Part shown: positions 1-7,967 of the stretch, one piece after another
Layout: each line of letters opens with the position of its first letter
Position numbering within the stretch: position 1 is the stretch's first letter
IMG/VR virus record: IMGVR_UViG_3300032225_001769
Coordinates: 12,612 to 76,611 of that record
DNA: 64,000 bases
Origin: a virus
Taxonomy: Duplodnaviria; Heunggongvirae; Uroviricota; Caudoviricetes
Strand: one strand, 5' to 3'
Notes under the pieces: generated by a model
Told to the model about the DNA's origin: nothing
Databases searched by the model: none
What the model saw: the letters and a program-made list of their open reading frames with translations, nothing else
Translations under genes and position numbers: made by a program

Positions 1-106
1 AATCCAATTCAGTCAGACGTTCTGCAAGACTAGAATATTTACTGCTTGCTGGACTAGTAGTTTGACGAACAAATTCAATATATTTACTAGGATCAATATT
101 TGCCAT
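1..106 (-). CDS. mazG: MazG-like nucleoside triphosphate pyrophosphohydrolase, N-terminal part (runs off window)
   Basis: Manual translation MANIDPSKYIEFVRQTTSPASSKYSSLAERLTELD resembles the cyanophage MazG N-terminus. Usual position downstream of g41. Confidence 0.7.
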   Translation of the reverse strand, partial: MANIDPSKYIEFVRQTTSPASSKYSSLAERLTELD

Positions 107-108
107 AT

Positions 109-825
109 TTAAAATTTAAATCCCTCAAATGATTTTTTAGGTTTGTTTTCTTCATAATTATACTCCTCTTCCTGTCCACTGTCAAGTATTTTGATAATCC
201 ACCCTTTATAAGTTTTTCTTTCACCTTTCAATATTCTAGTAAAATAACTTTGCGAAAAATTATTATTTCTACAAAATTTTGCTAGATTTTTTACAATTAA
301 AATAGTTCCATTAATATTTTTTAATTCATAAGTGTTTTTAGAATGTGCTTTAGAAATTTTTTCCTTACAACTTTCATTAAGATTTCTTCCAGTCCTATAA
401 TCAATCATTTTATCAACAGTTTCTTTTGAAAGGATTTTACCTTTATGAGATTTACTTATTTTTTGTTTATGCTCTTCACTTAAAGGTTTTCCAATTAATT
501 TCTGTCTTCTTTTTTCTATAGAACTTTGAGATTGTTTAAACCCTCTAGCACACTTACCACCTTCTTTAATATTAAAACCATTTTCAACAGTATCATAGAA
601 TTTAATCCAATACTGTTCTCTATCATCCAATAGATTTGCATCTTCAACTTCTTCAACTATACCATAAACAAAATTATATTTACTGTATTTTTGTATTGCT
701 CTACTAATTTTAGTTTCATTAATTGTTCTAAAATGACGGAGAACTCTTCTCTGCAATTTTTCTACAGTTTGTCCTATGTATTTTTTATTAGTAGTTAGAT
801 TATTAATACAGTAAATAATTCCCAT
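109..825 (-). CDS. Free-standing GIY-YIG homing endonuclease (Seg-like) with NUMOD3-type repeats; C-terminus is a copy of the gp41 tail
   Basis: GIIY...KYIGQT motif, SEEHKQKISKSHKGK-type repeats, ends ILDSGQEEEYNYEENKPKKSFEGFKF. Start overlaps the g41 stop (TAATG). Confidence 0.9.
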   Translation of the reverse strand: MGIIYCINNLTTNKKYIGQTVEKLQRRVLRHFRTINETKISRAIQKYSKYNFVYGIVEEVEDANLLDDREQYWIKFYDTVENGFNIKEGGKCARGFKQSQSSIEKRRQKLIGKPLSEEHKQKISKSHKGKILSKETVDKMIDYRTGRNLNESCKEKISKAHSKNTYELKNINGTILIVKNLAKFCRNNNFSQSYFTRILKGERKTYKGWIIKILDSGQEEEYNYEENKPKKSFEGFKF

Positions 826-2204
826 TAGAATTTAAATCCTTCGAATGATTTTTTAATTTTTGGTTCATCAGAATAAGCAAATTCATCATCTTTTCCAGAA
901 TCTAAAATATCTTTTTGAGCGGATTGCTCCACATCATAAAGTCTCATCTTTGCTCTATCAATTCCTAAAACGAATCTCTTATATTTATCAGTTGAAGAAT
1001 ATCTATTTTTTAATTGTTTCACCATAATCTGCCCTAGACCTTCAAGTTCCTCCGTACTAATCAAAGCAAACATAAGGTCGGCAGTAGCAGGAAGACCAAA
1101 GGACTCACTAGTATCGGTTAATTCTGGATCAGAAGAACCAAAACCGCTTCGGGTAGTTTGTGTGGCACTTACAATCGGAACATTAAACTCAACTGCTAGT
1201 CCCCGAAGTTCTTCTGCAATTGATTTAATATATGAGTAAGAATTGACAGAACTATTTGCTTTATGTCTAGAAGAAGCACAGATATTGAGGTAGTCAATAA
1301 AAATAATATCAGGTCTAAATGATTTCTTAAGGGAAAGTTCGTTAAGAAGTGCCTTGAAATGTCCAGAGTGTGCCGAAGCAGTTGGATATTCTTTAATTAT
1401 AAGAGTTCCCTGTGTTTTCTTAGATAGACTCATTATCTTATTTTCAAATGCCGAACGTTGGAGATCAACCAATTGTTGAATTGGCACATTAAGAAGGTTT
1501 GCATCAATTCTTTCCGCAATCCTCTCTTCTGCCATTTCAAGAGTGATATAGAGTACGTTCTTGCCTTGTAGCAATGCTGCACTAGCAACATGGCACATGA
1601 ATAGAGATTTTCCTACACCTGTACCAGCAAGGGCAATATTTAAAGTCTTATTGGGCAATCCACCTTTAGTGATTTTGTTGAAATACTCCAAGTCAAATTC
1701 AATTTTATCTTCTTTACGATGATAAAATTCATAACGTTCCCCGTAATTCTGAAGATAGTCATGCCCGATGTTATTATCAAAAGATACTGCTAGAGCATCG
1801 GAAAGAATACTTGGAATTGCGTCACGAGTTTTTTTTCCATCATTACCATCGGCAATATGAATTGATTCCATTAGAGCAAGATAAATTGCTCTGTCACGAC
1901 ACCACTTCTCAGTAGTATCAAGTAACCAATTCTTTTCTACTACTGAATTATTAAGGTTTTCGCATATTTCACGAATATCTTTAATATCAGTTTCAGTTAA
2001 ATCAGTACGGTTTTCAATCTCAATACCAAGTGCTTCTTTAGTAATTGTGGAATTATACTTTACAATGAATTTAACAACTTCTTCAAAGACTATTTTTTCT
2101 GATTTTTGCTCAAAATATTCTGGTTGTATGAAAGGTATAACTTTCCTAGAATAATTTTCATCATATACCAAATTTCTTAGAATCGTAAGTTCAAGTCTTT
2201 CCAT
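825..2204 (-). CDS. gp41: DnaB-like replicative helicase gp41
   Basis: Walker A AGTGVGKS, FIDYL Walker B, SATQTTR motif, 459 aa. Confidence 0.97.
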   Translation of the reverse strand: MERLELTILRNLVYDENYSRKVIPFIQPEYFEQKSEKIVFEEVVKFIVKYNSTITKEALGIEIENRTDLTETDIKDIREICENLNNSVVEKNWLLDTTEKWCRDRAIYLALMESIHIADGNDGKKTRDAIPSILSDALAVSFDNNIGHDYLQNYGERYEFYHRKEDKIEFDLEYFNKITKGGLPNKTLNIALAGTGVGKSLFMCHVASAALLQGKNVLYITLEMAEERIAERIDANLLNVPIQQLVDLQRSAFENKIMSLSKKTQGTLIIKEYPTASAHSGHFKALLNELSLKKSFRPDIIFIDYLNICASSRHKANSSVNSYSYIKSIAEELRGLAVEFNVPIVSATQTTRSGFGSSDPELTDTSESFGLPATADLMFALISTEELEGLGQIMVKQLKNRYSSTDKYKRFVLGIDRAKMRLYDVEQSAQKDILDSGKDDEFAYSDEPKIKKSFEGFKF

Positions 2205-2212
2205 TGTTTTCT

Positions 2213-2758
2213 TTAAAGATTTTTTTTATGATGTGGTACGTCAAATACAAAAGTAATTCTAACGTTATCGCCAATATTTACTGCCTTGTGCGGAAGTTTA
2301 TTATTGAACCAAAAAAGTGTTCCAGGTTCAATAATAATAGTTTCATCACCAACAGTATACTCATATTTTCCCTGAATTGAAAGATGATATCTATCTTTTG
2401 TAAGATAGTATTTTCCCTCATCAATATGAGAACCTACGCTTTCATTTATGGGAAGTGCAAGAAATCCACATCTTCTAAGTTTTTTAAATTTGCCATTTAT
2501 AAACTTAAGAATTTCGGTATGTCTTTCATATGCTGGCGTTTTAATACAAATTTCAGTATCTCCAACATATTCATTTTCTTTAGTAATTCCTCCCATAATT
2601 AATTGAAGAACATCTGCAGTTACAAGATATTTTGTTGGATCTTGCTGTTCAGTATTCTCAATATTTTTTTGGGATCCCCAATCTTCTGGATACTGTTTTA
2701 GTTGTTCTAGTATTTTAGATACATCAACATTAGTTTCTATAATTCTGATGCTATTCAT
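2213..2758 (-). CDS. 2OG-Fe(II) oxygenase, aspartyl/asparaginyl beta-hydroxylase-like
   Basis: HxD (SHIDEG), distal His (NNKLPHKAVN) and RITFVFD strand. Confidence 0.8.
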   Translation of the reverse strand: MNSIRIIETNVDVSKILEQLKQYPEDWGSQKNIENTEQQDPTKYLVTADVLQLIMGGITKENEYVGDTEICIKTPAYERHTEILKFINGKFKKLRRCGFLALPINESVGSHIDEGKYYLTKDRYHLSIQGKYEYTVGDETIIIEPGTLFWFNNKLPHKAVNIGDNVRITFVFDVPHHKKNL

Positions 2759-3765
2759 ACCCCATAACTATATTCACCTTTAGCAATGACATCAAGTTTT
2801 TGCATTACCTCATCAGTAAAATAAGTTTCTGGTTCTTTTAAAATTTGTTTGGCATAGATTTTCTTACCATCAATTTCATATCGACCCGCTGTATTCTTCC
2901 ACATTCCACCAATTTCACCAAGTTCAAGAAGACCATAATAACGGTCAAGACCTCGTTCATCGTAGAATAACCGAATTTCTACTTGTTGATTCTCTTTGCT
3001 TAAACGTGATTTTTGAGTTTTTGCTCTAATTATATTCCCAATCACTTCCGTACCATCCTTTTCCTTAGACTTAGAAAGATAAATGATTGTTGATGCTGAA
3101 TACATCAATCCAGATCCACCTGACATTTGCTTACCACCATAAAGACTCATACTTTCATAGGTGTGATTTGTCACGAGCATTGGTATTTTTGCCTGACCCA
3201 ATTTAAGAGTCAACATTCTAAAGGCACCCTTAATTAGTTGTGCCTTAGTCATATCACGAGTATCTTTCTCGGCAAGTGTATCTGTAATTTCTTTATTAGT
3301 AGAAAGCATACCCAAAGAGTCCAGTACAAACATACAAGGTCGTCTTTCGTCTTTAGATTTTTTCAAATATAAATCAACTGCCTTCAGAGTCTTATTGCGA
3401 AAATCTTCAATCGTGACTACATTGACAACCACCAAACGAGTTGTGTCAATTCCCCTACTTTCCAAAAGGGATTTTGTGATTGCTGCTTCAGTATCAAAGT
3501 ACAGACAATATCCAGTAGGATTATTTTCAAGGAAATTCTTAACGACGGCAAGACTGAAGAAAGTTTTTCCAGTAGAAGTTTCACCTGCAATTGCAGTAAT
3601 TTTATTGCCAGATACCCCACCAAATATACTCCCAGATACAAGAGCGTTAAAAATGTAGCTACCAGTATCCACAAAAGTTTCAGTTTCATTAATCTCTGAT
3701 GCGAGTTGTGTATATTCTCCACCAATTTCCTTCACTATGTCACGCAAAAAACTTAAGTCGTCCAT
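2755..3765 (-). CDS. uvsX: RecA-like recombinase UvsX
   Basis: Walker A GETSTGKT, VLDSLGML, SGGSGLMY. Confidence 0.96.
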   Translation of the reverse strand: MDDLSFLRDIVKEIGGEYTQLASEINETETFVDTGSYIFNALVSGSIFGGVSGNKITAIAGETSTGKTFFSLAVVKNFLENNPTGYCLYFDTEAAITKSLLESRGIDTTRLVVVNVVTIEDFRNKTLKAVDLYLKKSKDERRPCMFVLDSLGMLSTNKEITDTLAEKDTRDMTKAQLIKGAFRMLTLKLGQAKIPMLVTNHTYESMSLYGGKQMSGGSGLMYSASTIIYLSKSKEKDGTEVIGNIIRAKTQKSRLSKENQQVEIRLFYDERGLDRYYGLLELGEIGGMWKNTAGRYEIDGKKIYAKQILKEPETYFTDEVMQKLDVIAKGEYSYGV

Positions 3766-3766
3766 T

Positions 3767-3904
3767 TCATTTCTCCTCTGATTTTTGATTGTTAATATAA
3801 TTCATTTTAAAATCCCTAAGTTTTTGATATAGTGCAGTGTCTCCGCCAAGAAGCATTGCATTGATAATTGTATTTAATTCCCCTTCATTAATAGGAAGTT
3901 CCAT
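3767..3904 (-). CDS. Small conserved hypothetical protein (45 aa, not in ORF track)
   Basis: MELPINEGELNTIINAMLLGGDTALYQKLRDFKMNYINNQKSEEK. Start overlaps the g43B stop (TAATG) and it fills the g43-uvsX gap. Confidence 0.75.
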   Translation of the reverse strand: MELPINEGELNTIINAMLLGGDTALYQKLRDFKMNYINNQKSEEK

Positions 3905-5250
3905 TAGGTAAAAAATGAATCTAAGTTTACAGTATATTCAGTTTTCCATCCAATAGAATCCAGAATAGATTTCAGTGGATCGAGAAAACTCTTTTCAAAT
4001 TGTAATTCATAATCAATGTATTTGTCAAGACCAAGTTCTGTAGGAAAGTCTTGAATAAAAGAAATAACATTTTCACGAATAATATTTGGTTTTTTGAGGT
4101 AGATAAACTTAATCTTTTCACCATTATTAATGAGTGAATATTTGTGAGTAAGATTTTTATCCTTAATATAATGATTAAACAAAAGTGCTCCGCGAACATG
4201 AATTGGAGTTCTTTCCTTATAAATGTCAGAATGAGATCTATATTTACGAATATCAGATGCTGTACGTGGAAATGCAATCTGCTCCGGAGAAAGTTTTCTG
4301 AATTTAGTACGACACTTATCAATATAAGTAATCACTTCACTCTCTGTACCACTCATCATAATCTTTAGACCGTCTTTAATCATCTGACGGCAGGGAGCAG
4401 GAGTAGAAGATTTAACTGCCTCAATTCCCATCATTTTGAGTTTAGGTTCCTCATAACGAACTCCTTCGCTATCCCAGACATTCAGAATGTAACGCTTTTT
4501 GGCAGTCCAGATTCCACGATCCGCAATGTTTTCCCTTTTCATTTGCATCTTCTGATCATAGGCATTTACATAATCTGCCAGTTCTTGGTAGCAACCTTCA
4601 ATATACTTTTCAAGTTCCACCTGAGCGATCTTATCAAGGAATGAGACAATGCCCTCAGTAGTTTTCTCTCTTCCCTTGTATACAGTCTCCACCAAAGGGC
4701 CCATATTAAGATAAATGGAATCGGTATCAGAAGCAATAACATAGTCAACATCATTTGTCTTAAGAACTTTATTTAAATACTTATTAATTTTTTCTTCAAT
4801 CCAACGAATTGAAACTTGCCCCGAAAGAGTAATTGCCTCCGCATTTGCTAGTTTAAAATAACGGAAGTACTGATTGCCAATAGCACCATAAGCACTATTA
4901 AGTTGAATCTTCCTTGCCATTTGGATATTGTTGCACCTTGCAATCTCTTTTTCCAGTGCTGTTGTCTTTTTCTTTTCATATTCCTGTTTTGCAGCAATCA
5001 TCTTTTTCTTATAGATGGTGCGATCATTATATATTTTCTCCATCAGTTCGGGAAGAAATCCCTTTACCCTGCGGTAGAGTGCCCCATTCGCAGTCATAGT
5101 AAGATTTACTTTTTTTAGTGGTGTTAAATCCAACTCTTGTTTGAGAAGTTTATCTACACTCACCTTTGTAGTAAGTTCTCTTACCTGTTTAAGTGCCTCA
5201 AGTTCTTCTACAATTTCCTCACGGGACATTTTACGAATATCTTTCCACAT
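3904..5250 (-). CDS. gp43: Family B DNA polymerase gp43, C-terminal subunit (43B: fingers, palm motifs B and C, thumb)
   Basis: KIQLNSAYG (motif B), ASDTDS (motif C), KKRY, clamp-binding tail NLDSFF. ATG at 5250 has GGAG 7 nt upstream, preferred over the GTG at 5292. Confidence 0.93.
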   Translation of the reverse strand: MWKDIRKMSREEIVEELEALKQVRELTTKVSVDKLLKQELDLTPLKKVNLTMTANGALYRRVKGFLPELMEKIYNDRTIYKKKMIAAKQEYEKKKTTALEKEIARCNNIQMARKIQLNSAYGAIGNQYFRYFKLANAEAITLSGQVSIRWIEEKINKYLNKVLKTNDVDYVIASDTDSIYLNMGPLVETVYKGREKTTEGIVSFLDKIAQVELEKYIEGCYQELADYVNAYDQKMQMKRENIADRGIWTAKKRYILNVWDSEGVRYEEPKLKMMGIEAVKSSTPAPCRQMIKDGLKIMMSGTESEVITYIDKCRTKFRKLSPEQIAFPRTASDIRKYRSHSDIYKERTPIHVRGALLFNHYIKDKNLTHKYSLINNGEKIKFIYLKKPNIIRENVISFIQDFPTELGLDKYIDYELQFEKSFLDPLKSILDSIGWKTEYTVNLDSFFT

Positions 5251-5251
5251 C

Positions 5252-5335
5252 TCAATTCTCCATAATTTTAGTATGCTTTTTGCGGTTTTCACTCATAGTA
5301 ATAATCTGCAAGTTGTCTTCGTGATGCTTTCCTCC
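5252..5335 (-). pseudogene. C-terminal remnant of an HNH endonuclease gene between 43A and 43B
   Basis: Translates GGKHHEDNLQIITMSENRKKHTKIMEN*, the GGxHxxxNLQxxTxxEN half of an HNH motif. No start codon precedes the motif. Confidence 0.75.
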
Positions 5336-5337
5336 TT

Positions 5338-5452
5338 ATAAGATGAGGATATTCTACAACATTTTCTCCAATTCCGCAATACGATTATTAAGTTCATCTT
5401 TTTCTATAAGCGTTTCTGGAGATATTGCATATTGCATAATAAGATGAGGATA
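5338..5452. repeat. 14-bp exact direct repeat ATAAGATGAGGATA (5338-5351 and 5439-5452)
   Basis: Read directly. One copy encodes YPHLI of motif A, the other lies just after the 43A stop. Confidence 0.9.
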
Positions 5453-6631
5453 AAGTGAATTCAAATCGAAATTGACAACATAATCATAAACACCAGGAAT
5501 AGGTTCTTTTACATAAGCACCAGCATACTTGGAATCTTTATCCGTTTTTTCCTTAGGAGGAATTACAATATTCCTTTTCTTCAGATAATTGTAGATGATC
5601 GTATCCCACATACGAACCTGAAAGAATACATCCTCATAGTTTACTTTGGCGTCATATGCCATCGTAAGAGCAAGTTCAATCAGTTTCATCTTGTCTTCCA
5701 AACGGTCAACAAGTTCTACGTCCTTAATGTTATACTCTACAAATTTCTGCCAACCTTTAGTATAGAAGTCTTTGAATGTATCAAATTCACTGTGATCCAA
5801 CTTTTGTTGCTGCAATTCCACATTTGCAATATGGTCAAGACGATATGATTCCTGATTTGTATATGTAAATTTCTTATACAAATTAAGATAGTCTAATTGG
5901 GAAATTCCACCAATATCATAAGAAATGTGCTTGCGACCAGAAATATAAGTCTCATCTTCGGTTACAAGACCCCAAGGTGAAAGTCTTTTCATCAATTTCT
6001 CACCAAGAATTCTATCGAGGCGACGAACAATATAAGGAATATCATAAAGTTGATTATTCCAACCGGTTACAATTTCTGGGGTATCGTTCATCCACCAATG
6101 AATAAAGTCATTGAGCATACTATATTCATCAGAAAATTGCCGATATTCAACATTTTTTTGATTATTTTTAAATGGCCCTACACCCCAAGTTGTAATTTTC
6201 TTTGTATTATAATTCTGAATTGTAATCAGAAGCATTTCTTCAGCAGCACTTTCTACATCAGGAAATCCATTTTCAGATGCCACCTCAATATCAATTGTTA
6301 CTAATTTGATTTTGGAAATATCAAATTTGATTTGATCTTCAGGATATTTTTCAGAAATATATTGATAAACGTATCTATCATTACCATAAATCTTGAAACT
6401 TTCTACATCACTGTATTTTTTAATGAATTCTCGACAATCACGTACAGATCCTGGTTGAATGGATTGTACATATTCACCCTCTAACGTGACGTATTCTGTT
6501 TGTTTTTTGGAGGGGACAAAAAAAGTTGGAGAAAACTTCTCACGAGTCATGAAACTGCTTCCATTTTCATAACCACGAATTAAGAAATAATCTCCGATCA
6601 TTTGAACGTTTGTATAGAAGCGATATGACAT
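5354..6631 (-). CDS. gp43: Family B DNA polymerase gp43, N-terminal subunit (43A: exonuclease plus palm motif A)
   Basis: ExoI DIE, GWN...YD, YNIKDV, motif A DLNSLYP, then stop after SPETLIEKDELNNRIAELEKML. Confidence 0.95.
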   Translation of the reverse strand: MSYRFYTNVQMIGDYFLIRGYENGSSFMTREKFSPTFFVPSKKQTEYVTLEGEYVQSIQPGSVRDCREFIKKYSDVESFKIYGNDRYVYQYISEKYPEDQIKFDISKIKLVTIDIEVASENGFPDVESAAEEMLLITIQNYNTKKITTWGVGPFKNNQKNVEYRQFSDEYSMLNDFIHWWMNDTPEIVTGWNNQLYDIPYIVRRLDRILGEKLMKRLSPWGLVTEDETYISGRKHISYDIGGISQLDYLNLYKKFTYTNQESYRLDHIANVELQQQKLDHSEFDTFKDFYTKGWQKFVEYNIKDVELVDRLEDKMKLIELALTMAYDAKVNYEDVFFQVRMWDTIIYNYLKKRNIVIPPKEKTDKDSKYAGAYVKEPIPGVYDYVVNFDLNSLYPHLIMQYAISPETLIEKDELNNRIAELEKML

Positions 6632-6900
6632 CAGGTAGTTAGTTCTAGATACTTTTCGACAATTTGTGGAGTTGGATCTGCTATAGTAAGAATACTATCA
6701 GAATGAATCATAAGTTCTCTTTGATTTGTAACCTCGGGCCAGGGTTCCAAATAAAATCCATCTACGGAGTCAATTTTATTAAATTCGTAAGGATTAATAA
6801 GTTTACAATCCGGTTCTCCCAGTTCAGATCCAACTTCAACAATTTCAGTGATTAAGACAGTATCAACTTTCAGTAGAAGACACTTTACTGTTTTTTCCAT
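6631..6900 (-). CDS. Conserved cyanomyophage hypothetical protein
   Basis: 89-aa ORF coupled to g43A. Resembles the upstream ORF (LK..E/T.I.....E...C.L.NP, L.PW). Confidence 0.75.
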   Translation of the reverse strand: MEKTVKCLLLKVDTVLITEIVEVGSELGEPDCKLINPYEFNKIDSVDGFYLEPWPEVTNQRELMIHSDSILTIADPTPQIVEKYLELTT

Positions 6901-7198
6901 TTACTTTTTCCTCATATAGTTCAATTATACTTTTAATTGGTTCCACGATTGTTACAATCCAATCTTTAGGAACTGCTATTTTATCTTCAAGTGTAAGCAA
7001 AATCCAAGGGGATAATGTTACATCGATAGAATTTTCAACTTCTGTTGATGGAGTTTCTGTCAGAAGAATTGATTTGTTAATATGAATTTTATGTGGATTT
7101 TCAAATAAATATCCACATACTTCCTGTCCAGAAATCAATTCTTTTGCATCGGAAACAATAGTCTCTCCAGATTTAAGTAATGCAATTTTGATCGACAT
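6863..7198 (-). CDS. Conserved cyanomyophage hypothetical protein (probable paralogue of the downstream ORF)
   Basis: MSIKIALLKSGETIVSD...LSPW...WIVTIVEPI. Sigma70-type promoter directly upstream. Confidence 0.8.
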   Translation of the reverse strand: MSIKIALLKSGETIVSDAKELISGQEVCGYLFENPHKIHINKSILLTETPSTEVENSIDVTLSPWILLTLEDKIAVPKDWIVTIVEPIKSIIELYEEKVNGKNSKVSSTES

Positions 7199-7220
7199 TT
7201 TTAGGTTTTCCTCTCAATCC

Positions 7221-7249
7221 ATTATAGCATAAAAAAAAGGGAGGTGCAA
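7221..7249 (-). promoter_or_regulatory. Sigma70-type promoter TTGCAC-N17-TATAAT (extended -10 TGn) for the g43 operon
   Basis: -35 at 7249-7244, -10 at 7226-7221. Confidence 0.75.
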
Positions 7250-7272
7250 CTGGATTTTGCCAGTTCCCTCCC
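7231..7272 (-). terminator. Long hairpin plus U-tract (GGGAGG-GAACTGG-CAAAAT-CCAGTT-GCA-CCTCCC-T8)
   Basis: Nested inverted repeats followed by 8 T on the minus strand. Confidence 0.8.
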
Positions 7273-7296
7273 TGCGGCAACGATAGTCAATACTAT

Positions 7297-7467
7297 TTAT
7301 TCTTCCTCACATCCCCCTCTACCACCCCCTCCAGGGTTAAATGGCACTGCATGACCCTTTGGAACTCTTTGCTTTTTATGAGTCTTTGGATCAATGACAG
7401 TGTGCGCCTGGGCCATCGGATAAGGAATCGTTTTTGTTTCCTTCATGAACTCCCGAAACGATTTCAT
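7297..7467 (-). CDS. 56-aa protein with a T4 internal-protein-like capsid targeting sequence, overlapping the hsp20 3' end (not in ORF track)
   Basis: MKSFREFMKETKTIPYPMAQAHTVIDPKTHKKQRVPKGHAVPFNPGGGGRGGCEEE*. Confidence 0.65.
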   Translation of the reverse strand: MKSFREFMKETKTIPYPMAQAHTVIDPKTHKKQRVPKGHAVPFNPGGGGRGGCEEE

Positions 7468-7897
7468 ATACCTTTCTCTTCTGATGTTCAGGAATAACTC
7501 TATTTAGTTTGATGATAAGTAATCCATCTTCAAAAGAAACATCACCAACAACTACATCATCTGATAAAGTCCAAGTGCGAGCAAATGCTCTCTTTGCTAA
7601 TCCCTGATGTAGATACTCATCATCAGATTTGCGAACTTTCCCCGATTCTACAGAGAGTTTATTCCATTCTGTAGATACTCTAATATCTTCTCTCTTGTAT
7701 CCAGCAAGTGCAATTTCCAATCTAAAATCAACACTACTTTCTTTAACTAGATTGTATGGTGGGTAGTTAGTATGCGATTCATATACGGTATCAAACCTTT
7801 TAAACCATTCATCCAATCCAATACTATTTCTTTGAACTTCCATCAAATACTTTGCAGTTTCTGGTACTGATAGTGTAAGCGAACTTGTTCCGAACAT
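7391..7897 (-). CDS. hsp20: Small heat shock protein Hsp20
   Basis: Alpha-crystallin domain (YPPYNL, EIALAGY, GLAKRAFARTW, FEDGLL). SD AAGGAGG. Confidence 0.95.
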   Translation of the reverse strand: MFGTSSLTLSVPETAKYLMEVQRNSIGLDEWFKRFDTVYESHTNYPPYNLVKESSVDFRLEIALAGYKREDIRVSTEWNKLSVESGKVRKSDDEYLHQGLAKRAFARTWTLSDDVVVGDVSFEDGLLIIKLNRVIPEHQKRKVYEIVSGVHEGNKNDSLSDGPGAHCH

Positions 7898-7926
7898 AAT
7901 AGACCTCCTTAAAGCGTCTGTAAATT

Positions 7927-7953
7927 AATGATGTCCCCGAAGGCAACATCATT
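7927..7953 (-). promoter_or_regulatory. 5'-leader hairpin of hsp20 with a C(UUCG)G tetraloop
   Basis: AATGATGT-TG-CC-TTCG-GG-G-ACATCATT on the minus strand. Confidence 0.6.
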
Positions 7954-7967
7954 ATTATATATTCGGA

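Noticed and set aside
5336-5356. Amber read-through or alternative genetic code at the 43A TAG
   Set aside because: A TAA follows five codons later, 43B is in a different frame, and the other genes are intact under the standard code.
5250-5440. Group I intron or gene-60-style ribosomal bypass joining 43A and 43B
   Set aside because: The non-polymerase stretch is under ~250 nt with no recognisable intron core. No in-frame TTG landing codon matches the take-off codon, and 43B has its own SD and ATG.
7391-7460. Novel C-terminal domain on Hsp20 (VSGVHEGNKNDSLSDGPGAHCH)
   Set aside because: Better explained as read-through into the overlapping 56-aa ORF in another frame.
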